Shown one piece after another: positions 45,481 to 57,236 of a stretch of DNA of 64,000 nucleotides. Position 1 is the stretch's first letter. Each line of letters opens with the position of its first letter. The notes below the pieces were generated by a model. It was not told the DNA's origin, searched no databases, and was given only the letters and a program-made list of their open reading frames with translations. The DNA is from Zootoca vivipara (taxonomy: Eukaryota). A program made the position numbers and the translations under genes. The DNA lies in assembly GCF_963506605.1 (NCBI RefSeq), contig NC_083283.1, positions 6,882,001 to 6,946,000 on the forward strand, given 5' to 3'.

Positions 45481-45842
45481 TGTGATCAATCTTTGCTTTT
45501 ATACATCTTCTGGTGTTTTCTGGTTGGAGGAATTTAGACAAAGGTAGAATTAGTCTTTACTAACGGAAATTAGCAAATACAAAGCTAAAGCTTTTCAGAT
45601 TAGTCTTTCATATCTTGTAGCTATTTTGGAGTGGGTTAAGGGGAAATGACTCTTGCTCTTTAATTGCCAGGTAAAGGGGCCAGTGGGGCTTGCAGCTACC
45701 TGAATATATGAGGGGTTTCAGATATTTCAGAATATATGCAGGTATATGGGTTTCTTTGAACTTCTGAACAGCCCAAGGACCTTGCCAAAAGTTTCAGAAC
45801 AGCAAGAGGAAAAAAGTGAATCATTCTGATTCTTTTGAAGCA

Positions 45843-46781
45843 TCATATCTGCGGGCTGACCTGGAGTTCTACCTCCTCTCTTCCATGTTCCTCCTCCTCC
45901 TTGAAAACCCTCTGAAATACAACCTTCAAGCTCTCCCTTGATTGAGAGTGTTTCTTTCTACCAACCAGGAAATAAATCAGTGGGTTAACACTGCTGTTTA
46001 GGCAGCTGCATAAGCGCCCAAGAACGTATCCACCAAAACTGTAAATATAAATAAAAGTATATGGGAAAGCTAAGAAGAGAAAGAAGAGGAAGGCAAGCAG
46101 GATGGCTGTTACAGCTTTCCCCTTCTTCCTCTGTTGTGATCTAAAGTAAACTTTTATAAACAGGACCAGAGTGGAAACAGTCATGAGTGGGAGGCAAAGT
46201 ATAGCATTCGTTAGAAACTGGTAGAAAGAGAAATGAAGTGAACGGTAAAAAATAGAAAGAATAAATTCGATTGCACTGAGCAGGAAAGAGATGATCCATA
46301 TTGTGGCACACACAAGGGTGGAACATTGTGGTGGACGGTGGCATCGATGCCAAAGGGGGAAGACGACAGAAACACACCTGTCCATGCTAATGGCTGTCAA
46401 CAGATATTGACCAGTGTTGTACATGAACCAAAAGAGAGAGATGTCAATTGTTGTAAACAAATGATATTCATACCAAGGTATGAGTGAAGATGACCAAAGA
46501 AGATATAGACTGGAATAAGTAAATAAGCATATGAGTGTCCCAAGGTCAGCAGCAGCCAGATGGAGGATGAAGGTGGTGAAATGATTCCTCTTCATGCAAA
46601 AGCCAAGAAACCAGAGGACAGTTCCATTCCCCATAAGTCCAAAAATGCTAATCATTACAATGAAGACAGAGAAAATAATTTCTGTTACAGAATACCATAA
46701 AAATCTAGTAAGCTTTTCTACTCCAATATCTTCCCATGAAGCATTCAAAGTGGACCAGGATCTCAGGCTACCATTGCTCAT
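45843..46781 (-). CDS. Mas-related GPCR, 312 aa
   Basis: GLMGNGTVLWFL, ILHLAAAD, SMDRC, CHRP, LAFP, NSSVNPLIYF. First ATG at 46781 (the ORF-track start is a TTG in the acceptor region). Confidence 0.92.
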   Translation of the reverse strand: MSNGSLRSWSTLNASWEDIGVEKLTRFLWYSVTEIIFSVFIVMISIFGLMGNGTVLWFLGFCMKRNHFTTFILHLAAADLGTLICLFTYSSLYLLWSSSLIPWYEYHLFTTIDISLFWFMYNTGQYLLTAISMDRCVSVVFPLWHRCHRPPQCSTLVCATIWIISFLLSAIEFILSIFYRSLHFSFYQFLTNAILCLPLMTVSTLVLFIKVYFRSQQRKKGKAVTAILLAFLFFLFLAFPYTFIYIYSFGGYVLGRLCSCLNSSVNPLIYFLVGRKKHSQSRESLKVVFQRVFKEEEEHGREEVELQVSPQI

Positions 46782-46929
46782 CTTGCTTAATCTTCGCTTT
46801 TGAGCTATTTCTTGTAGGGATCTTCCTACCAAGAGAAAAGGGAGTCAGTTTTGGCTTTAAAGCTCAACCATATTAAACTGAGACTCAAACAATAATGGAA
46901 GAGACATGGAATTCATGACTGATAAACAA

Positions 46930-46930
46930 A

Positions 46931-46994
<64 letters not shown>

Positions 46995-46996
46995 AA
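46930..46996. repeat. (AAAG)n microsatellite
   Basis: Direct observation. Confidence 0.95.
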
Positions 46997-47901
46997 CACT
47001 TTAGGAATATTGCTCATTGGAATGTTTGTCAAAATTTATCAGTTTCAAAGGTTTAGGGGGGAAATGCAGTTGGCCAATGGGTTATGGATTTTTCCTCCAA
47101 TTAAGGAATCTGCAGGCACATCATCAGTAAGCATATCATTTTTAACCTAAAATTCCCCTCTTCTGCTCTCTGAGTCGGACATAACATCTGAAATTAACGT
47201 GTTGTGTGCTATGCACTGAGATTGGGGCGGTTGGATGGGGTCAATGTTTCAAATCTGGAGTGGAGAAGAGGAACAGGAGAAGGAGTTGAATATCAAGAAA
47301 ACAAAAGCCATTATTATTAGTAGTACCCCAGCCACAGTGGACAGCTTCCAACATATATAAAAACATAACATAACAATGCACTAGGAAGGCATGTGTAAGT
47401 TTTTATTATTAAAATGTGATTTTTAACAAAACCAGATTAAATAAAATTCAAGTCAAATCCACTGCCTTAGTCTCACAGTGGCCAAACACATCTTTAAGTG
47501 AAGCCTACAAACAGCTTTGGAACATAAAAATCCTCTCCTCTGCTGTGGTTTTCTGCTGCCCCAACCAACCCCACTCGGGGCAACTTTGACCAACCTGCTT
47601 TTTTACGAGGGCATGGGGACACTTCTCTCCAATCCCAGATTCGATAACATGACCCCTAACATTCTTCAGATGGAAATAGGGATATTTTTCACTCCTCTCC
47701 TATTGAACCCCCTCTACCCCCTTTATTTGTCCCCCACATAGCATTTCCTAACATAAGAAGTACCACTACCAGTAAACGGTTTATGGAGGGGGGGGGAGAA
47801 CCCTATGAACTATAACAGAAAAATAATACACAAGTTAAACACACAAGTGTATTATATTATATATGTTATATTATACATATATTATTATTATTATTATTAT
47901 A

Positions 47902-50093
47902 CTAGCTGACCCGGCCACGCGTTGCTGTTGTTCTTTCCTGTGATCCCCCCCCCTAACCCTGTCCCGATCCTTGACGCATCCTGCCCCTCCTCCCTCCACC
48001 CCGGCTCATCCCTGTGTTTCGGTAGGATACCCTTCCCTCTGTTGTCCCTGGGGAGTGTTGGCCCCTCCCCCTGTATCTCCATACCTTGGCCCCCACCCTT
48101 CAAAAAGGAACTGTTAGGTTCTGGGTTCTATTTCCCAGCATGCACTTTTGGCTGAACCCTCTGTTGTCCCTGGGGAGTGTTGGCCCCTACCCCCGGTATC
48201 TTCCTACATTGGCCCCCCAGCCTTGGAGAAGGAGCTGTCAGTTTCTGGGTTCCATTTCCCAGTATTTACTTTTGTCTGAGCCCTCTGTTGTCCCCTCCCC
48301 CTGTGTCTCCATACATTGGCCCCTGCGCACGCATCATGAACATATATATTTAGATTAAGGACCGGGGGTGATGATGTGCCCTGGGACCCAGAGAACTACT
48401 TAAAAAATCCCAACCCGGGGGGGGGGTCAATTAGCGAAGCCCCATAGCCCCGTAGCAACAGACAGGCCCAGACAGAAGGAGGGGGGTCATATGGGCCACT
48501 TGGCGCGGGCCTCCGAATCTAAAGGAGGCCTCGGTCGGCATATTCACAATCATTAAAATGGAAAAAGTAACAAAAGGGTAAAAAACAGGGCCACATTATC
48601 TACCTGGCCCGGGCCTGGCAACAGAAGGCGCGTTCTGAAGCACCCGAGTTGTTCAGTTCCATAAAAAACCCAGGAAGTGGCAAGGGGAAGGTAGGGGATT
48701 GTAAATGGGGTGGGGGTTGGCCACTGCAAATATCTGGGGAGAGAAAGTGCATGGTTGTTGTTGTTGTTTTTAAAAAAAGACACAGAGGCTTAAAATCAGT
48801 TGTTTCTCTTAAAATAAGACATACCCATAAAATAAGCCATAGCAGGATTTCTAAGCATTTGCGCAATATAAGCCATACCCCGAAAATAGGACATAGTGAT
48901 AGGCGCAGTTTTGGAGGGCCCCAAGGAAGAGGCAAGGCTGGACGCGTAATAAAAAACATCCCCTGAAAATAAGCCAATGTGGGGCTATTTTAGGAATAAT
49001 AAATATAAGACGGTGTCTTATTTTTGGAGAAACACGGTAAAGCCTAGGTTAAAGGGGCACGACTGCCCTTACTTAAAATGGCTGCCGGAGCCTCGCATGT
49101 GACACAACGGCCACTTAATTATGAAGCGAAAACCCCTCGCTGTGCCCCCAAGTGCATGTTAGGAGAAATGATGAACGACTGCCTAATGCTGCAGGGCGTT
49201 TATTAATGCAGCCACCGGGAGAGGCTTTGGGCTTGGCCCCTGCGCACACATCGTGAACATATATATTTAGATTAAGGATGGGGGGTGATGATGCGGCCTG
49301 GGACCCAAAGAACTACTTTTAAAATCCTGACCGGGGGGTGTCAAATAGCGAAGACCCACAGCCCTATAGCAACAGACAGGCCCAGACAGAAGGAGGGTGG
49401 TCATATGGGCCACTTGGCATGGGCCTCCAAGTCTAAAGGGGGCCTCGGTCTGCATATTCACAATCAGTATAATGAAAAAAGTAACAAAAGGGTTAAAAAC
49501 AGGGCCACATTATCTTATCTACCTGGCCCGGGCCTCTGTCTGGCCCTGGAAGGGCCTGGCAACAGAAGGCGCGTTCTGAAGCAACCGAGTTACCAGCGTA
49601 TCTCATGACGTTTTGAAGGATGGTATTTATTTTTGTCTTGTGGTTATTTGGTGGGGGATTTGGTGGGGTAGTGGTGCTAAATTGTAAAGTAAAAACCCCT
49701 TGCTGTGCCCCCAAGTGCGTTGCTGTGGGTCGCCCCCCCCCCCCGGGCCTGTCGGGGCCTACATAAAACAAAGGCCTGGTTTGATAATGGCCGCCTTGCT
49801 GGTTTCAGTTGCTTGGTTGATGATGATGTCATTTGGTTTGTGGGTGTGGCTTAGATTTCACAGGAAGGGAGGGGGTGTACTGTGGGAGGAATTCCACTTG
49901 AGGGCGCTGTTTGACTTGGTGGAAAACCAGGTCTGTACCTGGGCAGGTGTGCGATTTGAGGGATTTTTGCCCCCAACAACGCGCGGGGAGTGGCCTGGAT
50001 TGTTGTGTCAAAATTTCAGGACGATCGGTCAAACGGTTACGGAGAAAAGTGGAACCTGGATTTTCACGATTTTTACATTTTTATATATATAGA
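47902..50093 (-). mobile_element. Non-autonomous Helitron (~2.2 kb) with internal duplications and a nested Tc2/Tigger-like MITE (~48797-49039)
   Basis: Minus strand reads A|TCTATATATATAAAA...GCGTGGCCGGGTCAGCTAG|T (5'-TC, 3'-CTAG, A|T target, no TSD). Confidence 0.72.
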
Positions 50094-50119
50094 TTGTGTA
50101 TTTAATGAGTTAAATACAC

Positions 50120-50270
50120 AGGTTAAGCACACAATATCGTGGGCTGTCCCCTGAGTCTGCTAGATGTTATCGGGGGAGACTGTTGTCTCAGAAGAGCGAG
50201 GAACATTCTCAGGGATGACTCACATCTGACCAGCACCTTTTTAATCTCCTGCCCTCGGGTAGAGTGGTAC
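50120..50270 (+). mobile_element. Rex1/Babar-like LINE fragment
   Basis: IVGCPLSLLDVIGGDCCLRRARNILRDDSH...LLPSGR-like translation. Confidence 0.55.
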
Positions 50271-50280
50271 AGTGATAATA

Positions 50281-50331
<51 letters not shown>

Positions 50332-51199
50332 AATGAGTTTAAAGCAGCAAAATGAGAGCTAAAATCTCTCTCTCCATGTGTGTGTGTGTGTGTGCTTGTG
50401 TGCATGTGCTGTTGAGCCTGACATTGAGTTTTTAAAAAAAATAAAGTTGTACCCCTATAGTAGAGCACTTGTGAGGCAGATTATGGGTTTGTCCAGTCCT
50501 GTATTCCCTTCTCCAGGGATTCAACCTGGCATTTTCCGCCATCAATGCATGTACACTTCTGTTTACGGTTCCCCAAACCCTTTTGCAAATGAACTATGTC
50601 AACTTGAGACATCTACATACCTGTGAGCAACTGTTGGATCAGCAGTCTAGTACAACATCAAGCTCAGTGCAGTCCTTTCCTACTGCAGGAGGCAAAACAG
50701 AAATGGGGAACATAGAAGAAGATGAACAAAGTGGTGAAACTGATTGAGTGAGATAAGCAAGAGACTGCTAGAGGTATTCATGGCATTGTAAAAAGTGGAA
50801 ATAAGCGGGCAAGTGCCAGCAATAAAGGCTTCTCTCATATTTGCTTTGATTTAAGAAAAGGAAACAGACCAAGGAAATTGAAAAGAAATGATATATTTGA
50901 ATATATGCCTTATATTAGGCCCCTCTTCACCCGTCATGCATTCAGTAAGTGCATAGGAGGGAGAACATATTTGTCAAAGCAGATCCAGCCTGTGACCTCC
51001 ACACAGCCATCTGGAGACCTTTGTGGAGCCATTCAGATTTACAGGAGTGAACATATAGCCTCTGTCCAGTTATTTTTTTTTATTATCAATAGACACGCAT
51101 ACCACCAACAAATCATCAATAGAATTTTTCATGTACACACATACACAAATAGATCCCCCTTCCTTGGCAGCCTAAGTGGTAAGTTGCTCATCAGTGTGA

Positions 51200-51609
51200 C
51201 TAATTTTGAGTATAAGCCTACTTTTTTGGCACCAAAAATGTGCTGAAAAACAGCCCTCGGCTTATATTCGAGTGAGGCGGGCAGCGGTGGAGAAAGACAC
51301 AGGTCTGGGGGTTCAGAGAAGCGCTGCGACTCTCCGAACTCCCGTCCTATGCCTGCTCTGTGCAAGGCAGCTGGGAGGAAGTAGCGGCAAGGAAGAGATC
51401 CTTCCTCGCCATTTCTCCCCCCCCACCCTGCCGCCGACAGCTGGGAAAGGCATAGGATGGTATTTCTTTTTATTTTTGAAATTTACAAGTAGCTGCTGCA
51501 TTTCCCACCATAGGCTTCTACTCGAGTCAATAAGTTTTCCCAGTTTTTTGAGGTAAAATTAGGTGCTCGGTTTATATTCGGGTTGGCTTATACTTGAGTA
51601 TATACGGTA
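51200..51609. mobile_element. Tc2/pogo-like MITE
   Basis: Right TIR GGCTTATACTTGAGTATATACGGTA and internal GAGTATAAGCC repeats. Confidence 0.65.
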
Positions 51610-52663
51610 GTTGATATCAGTGGATCTTTTGTGAGAGTGGATCTTTTGTGAGAGTGGATCTTTTGTGAGAGTGACTTCATTGGCACCATATTTTATGTAT
51701 AGTTTTAGCTATCATATGAAGGTCAAGATATGGGGGCAGAGGCACAACCAGTAATTTTTCTCTTTCTCTCTGCCGGTACTCACCATGAAGTTGTTAAAAT
51801 AAGTGCCATACTTTAAACATTTGCAGGGAAAAGGTGCTGGTACTGTGTACCTTTGAGTACCCCCAGAAAAACACACTGGGCACAAGCCTTCAAATCTCCG
51901 CACAATCCTAAATGTGTGCAGACTTCTAGTGAGGCAGACCAATGCTTCCCACCCAACAAGCAATGAGTCCCCGAAAGCTCCTACAAAGTGTTTACCACTC
52001 CTGCCACCTGCTACTCTTTTAACTCTGGGGGTTGAACCTAGTCCTGGTCCGAGTGTTTCAGATGCTTCATAGGGCAAGGAACATAGCTCTGTGGTACAGC
52101 ATCTGCCTCATGTGCAGAAGGGTTCAAACCCTGGCATCAGCAAGTAGGGCATACCCTTATCTGAAACCCTTGGGAAGTGCTGTCAGTCAGAGTCAAAGAA
52201 TCATAGAATCTTAGAGTAGGAAGGGTCCCAAGGGTCATCTAGTCCAACCCCCTGCAATGCAATACCAAAGCAATACTAGGCTGTAAGTTGGAAAGAGCCA
52301 ATGTGGCATTGTGGTTCCAATTTTGGAGTAAGATCTGGGAGATAAGCGTTCAGATTCCCACACAGACGTAAAACTCACTGGATAACATTGAACCAGTCAG
52401 AGTCCTTCAGCCTGACGTACCTCACAGGCTTCTTGTGAGGATAAAAAGAGGAGCAAGACAAACCCATGTATAGCACCTTGGATGAATTCCTTGGAGGAAA
52501 GGTGGGGTGTAAGTAAATAAATGGACTGAATTTTAGAAGGCAGCTTCCTATACTTTCATGTTCCTTAAACCTCATACAGAATCTTTCACAACTGAGTTAT
52601 CTTTGAACCTTTCAACCCCAGGGGATCATGCTGTGCATGTCAATCAATCAATCAATCAATCAT

Positions 52664-52664
52664 C

Positions 52665-52718
<54 letters not shown>
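52664..52718. repeat. (TCA)n microsatellite
   Basis: Direct observation. Confidence 0.95.
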
Positions 52719-52719
<1 letters not shown>

Positions 52720-53275
52720 CTGCCAGACATGTTATTCATCTTTCTGCTCTTGCAAAAGAAGAATTTCTAACTTTTCACTTACCTTTGACAAACATCAGAT
52801 GAGATATCGTGATAGAGAGAGGAAAAAACCAGAAGTAGATAATCCTGTGCTGGAATAAACAACCAGAAGATTTGCAGACACCAATGCGAATCCCAAGTAT
52901 TGAGGAAACATTCAATGCTTTTAGGAGCTCATGACAACATGTACAAGAATGTGCCCATTTGCCTACATTTATGCTTAATCAGTTTGCCAGTGTCATGTGA
53001 CAAGAGAAAAACGATTATCATTGGGTTGTCAACATAGTCTTTAGAGGATTGTGATCATGCACACTAACAGCTCCATTTGTAAAATTCTGTATACAAAAGT
53101 GCTTTGAAAGGCTCCATTACACTTCAAAAGTCTGCAAGTAAGTTATAAGCACTGAGAAGCACTTTGCTCCCCACACAGGATATTTCCAAAACACCTGGGG
53201 AAAGAAAGCCCAGCTAATGGGCTGGAAAGAGCAGGATGATGGTACAGTAGGGATACAGAACCTTTTTCCAGCAAG

Positions 53276-55670
53276 AGGACCTCATTTTTTCTGGGAAACC
53301 TCCTAGAAGGAAATACATACAGCCAATCTACTGCTTTCAAGCAGAGAGTTCCGTTTGGATAAAAGTAGGATGCTTGAAATCTCTCAAGCCTCTTTGCTTC
53401 CAGATGCAAGCTACAAAAATTCTATGCACGGCAGGAGAGAGTGCAGAAAGGTAAGGAAGGCACTTCTCATGGCAGAATGGGGGTGAATGGAAAGGACGAA
53501 GACTGGAAAAGGTGCAACAAGAGTTTGTGGTTGACATTTGGTCCTCTGCTTCAGCAAGCAAAATGTCTTGCACCAGCATTAACACATCACATCCTTTCTT
53601 TTTGCCTTTTTCTCCGTCTCTTTGGCATCTGGACTCATTTATATTCATCCCTCCTTCAGTCTGTGTTGGTATTGAGCCGAACCATACACATATTAATTAC
53701 TCAAGCCACGCATACATTCAAAACTCTGAATAAATAAACATAGAAAACTGCCTTGTACAAGGCAAAACAGTTATTCTATGTAGCACAGATTGCTGACACT
53801 GACCACCAGCAGGGATATAGGCAGGAATCATTCCTGTCCCTACCTGGAGCTGCCACTGAGTGAATCCAGCACATTCTGCATGCTAAGTCAAAGCTCCGCA
53901 TATGAGCAAGAGTCCTCAAAACACCTGCAAGCATAAAGTGTATATGTCTCTGGAAACTTTGATAAGCGATTTCTTTTTTGAATTTTTTAAAATAAGTTCA
54001 TTTCCTGAACACATAGGAGATTGCTGAAGTACCTAGGCTGAAAAAAGAAAGAAACCTTCCCATGACGAATTGAAACACCAACTAGTGGATATGAACATTT
54101 TAAAAGGACATGAATTAGCCCTACCTGGCAGAGACTGAATCTGTAATCTTCTGCATAGAAACCACTCAGCCTCAGATTCTAAGTATAACTCTATAACATA
54201 CGTTGAACTATGATTTCTATGCAACGATATGAGAGGTTATTCTTTTGTTCCATTGCTTTTTCCCAAGAAAAGCTGCTGTTTACTGTTGATTTAGGACAAA
54301 GATCAGAAGGGTCTTTGAAGGGACATTCAAAATCCTAGTGTTAGACCTTAAGCTACTAAGGCCACCAGGCACTGAGATATCCTGAACTCATTCTTTCCAA
54401 GCCTGCCACCTGGGATCCCTAAGGTAAAGGTAAAGGTAAAGGTAAAGGTAAAGGTAAAGGACCTCATTCTTTTCTGGGAAACCTCCTAGAAGGAAATACA
54501 TACAGCCAATCTACTCCTACTTTTAAGCAGAGAATTCTGTTTGGATAAAAGTAGGATGCTTGAAATCTCTCAAGGCTCTTTGCTCCCAGCTGGAAGCTAC
54601 AAAAATTCTAAGCACGACAGGGACGGCAGGAGAGAGTGCAGAAAGGTAAGGAAGGCACTTCTCGTGGCAGAACTGGGGTGAATGGGAAGGATGAACGCAG
54701 GAAAAGGTGCAGCAAGAGTTTGTGAGTGACATTTGGTCCTCTGCTTCAGGCAGCAAAATGTCTTGCACCAGCATTAACACATCACATCCTATCTTTTTGC
54801 TTTTTTCTCCTTCTCTTTGGCATCCTCACATATTTCTTTTCCTTCATGCTCCTCCTCAAAGGCAACCTTTATGGTGAAGCTTCTGGACTCCTTTGTCTCC
54901 ATCTCTCCTTCAGTCTGTGTTGGTATCCAGCCCAACCACACACACATCAATTACTCAAGCCATGCACACGTTCAAAACTCAGAATAAATAAACATAGAAA
55001 ACTGCCTTGTACAAGGCAAGACCATTATTCTACGCAGCTCAGATTGCTGACACTGACCATCAGGGATACAGGCAGGAATCATTCCTGTCTCTACCTGGAG
55101 CTGCCACTGAGTGAATCCAGCACATTCTGCATGTTAAGTCAAAGCTCTGCAGATGAGCAAGAGTCCTCAAAACACCTGCAAGCATAAAGTGCATATGTCT
55201 CTGGAAAATTTGATAAGCGATTTCTTTTTTGAATTTTTTAAAATAAGTTCATTTCCTGAACACACAGGAGATTGCTGAAGAATCTAGGCTGGGGGGAAAA
55301 GAAACCTTCCCATGACTAATTGGAACACCAACTAGTGGATATGACCATTTTAAAAGGACATGAATTAGCCCTACCTGGCAGAGACTGAATCTGTAATCTT
55401 CTTCTTGCAAACCACACAGCCTCAGATTCTAAGTATAACTCTATAACATACATTGAACTGTGATTTCTATGCAACGATATGAGAGGTTATTCTTTTGTTC
55501 CATTGCTTTTTCCCAAGAAAAGCTGCTGTTTACTGTTGATTTAGGACAAACATCAGAAGGGTCTTTGAAGGGACATTCAAAATCCTAGTGTTAGACCTTC
55601 AGCTACTAAGGCCACTGGCACTGAGATATCCAGAACTCATTCTTTCCAAGCCTGCCACCTGGGATCCCTA
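53276..55670. repeat. Tandem duplication (~1.15-1.2 kb units 53276-54421 and 54458-55670) joined by (AAGGTA)n
   Basis: Both units start AGGACCTCATT and end CCTGGGATCCCTA. Confidence 0.9.
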
Positions 55671-56017
55671 TAACTCTGTTCATGTCAGTGTGCAAAATGC
55701 TTGCTAATTATCCCACTGAGGAATGGCTCTCCTGCTACCTTTCCAGGTGAAGTATGTTCACATACCTGTGATAATCTGTGGCTCAGATATCATGAGCGGG
55801 AGGAAGCAGGAGGAACAGAATTCTGTGCTGGGGAAAGTAGGCAATCAAAGGATTTGTAGGAATCAGTGCAATCCCCAAGTCACAAGGAAAACTTGTAAGA
55901 CTAACCAAGCTGAATTCAAGATGTCCTGTAAATTATCCTCTTCTCTTTGTCTGCGCTTAATCAGTTTGCCAACAGCTTGTGACAAGAAGAAACTGTTTCT
56001 TTACTGGTGATCAAGAT

Positions 56018-57236
56018 AGGTAAAGGTAAAGGGATCCCTTACCATTAGGTCCGGTCGTGACCGACTCTAGGGTTGCGGCGCTCATCTCACGTAATTGGCC
56101 AAGGGAGCCAGCGTACAGCTTCCAGGTCACGTGGCCAGCATCACAAAGCCACTTCTGGCAAACCAGAGGAGCACGCGGAAATGCTGTTTGCGTAACAAGG
56201 CCCCAAGAAATCCCAATAACTCACAACGGACACAATAATTATGGTTTGGTTTTTGGCATTAACTTTTTGGCCACAACTTTATTTAAAATACAAATTAATT
56301 TCGAGTGTTGGCTTAGGCTTTGGTTAATCCTTCTGTCCACCCTAAGGGACAGGACCATTTCCATCTGACCACTGGGTCAGGACCATACCATCTGCTCAGT
56401 TAAGCAGGACCAATTCCATCTGACCATTTGGGTCAGGACCAACTCCGACTTACCTTGTGGTTGGTAAGTCAAGTAAACACCCCAAGGGATTGGAGGTACG
56501 GTTTCCCAGTACTCTCCTTCCCCCAAGGAGTGTTCCCCGAGGCTCGGCTCTGTAATGGACACACCATCCTTGCTTAAGGCCGGATGATGGACTAGAGTCC
56601 CTGAGCCCCAGGATTCCTTTAACAGAATACTTCTATAAGGAGCCAATAATTGGGGGATAGGCCTATAGGCCATGCCCCTCCAAAACCATTTAACCAAAGC
56701 CTAACGGCCAACCTAACAAGTTGTGACATATTGCTCGTCAGTAGGCGAAAACCACATGGCAACAGCCAATCAGCCAAGTGGAAAAATTCCTACTGAACTC
56801 CTGAATACAGCGAGCCCCGCTAATCGGGCAAGCAGTGTCGGCTAAGGCCTAAAATCAGCGGCGGGTGGGTGGGGATTCGAAGCTTCTCAATCGGACTGGG
56901 CAGAAACGAAAGTGAGCGATCATTAAGTTAGAAGTGCCTGTCAATCAAACTCAAGGCACGCCCCGTGACTCAGCTTAACATTTTAACCCACCCCCTCCCA
57001 GATTTCTCTCAGGCCTGTCCGCAAACGCCACTACACTTTATTGAGTGTAATGGTCCTTACCTTCCCGCTGGAGCGGTACCTATTTATCTACTTGTACTTT
57101 GACGTGCTTTCAAACTGCTAGGTTGGCAGGAGCTGGGACCAAACAACAGGAGCTCACCCCGTCGTGAGGAAGCGGCAACCTTCTGATCGGCAAGCCCTAG
57201 GCTCTGCGGTTTAACCCACAGCACCACCCGCATCTC
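56018..57236 (-). mobile_element. Sauria SINE split by an insertion
   Basis: Halves 56018-56187 and 57057-57236 match the intact SINEs at 7000 and 8690. Confidence 0.88.
56188..57056 (-). mobile_element. Non-coding insertion element (869 bp), probably an Ngaro/DIRS-like solo repeat
   Basis: Same SINE position, orientation and motifs as 13311-14591; internal ~27-bp CAGGACCA repeats at 56348-56445. The family assignment is inference. Confidence 0.6.

Larger units (their letters stand above)
50645..53215. repeat. Duplicate of ~28118-29350 (intron and 5' exon module; donor at 52783) with added insertions
   Basis: Collinear similarity from TCTAGTACAACATCA to GGGGAAAGAAAGCCCAGCT. Confidence 0.8.

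Noticed and set aside
52628-52858. Poly-His/poly-Ser ORFs and other homopolymer ORFs (poly-Ile 32654, poly-Tyr 28813, poly-Leu 50139)
   Set aside because: Translations of microsatellites.
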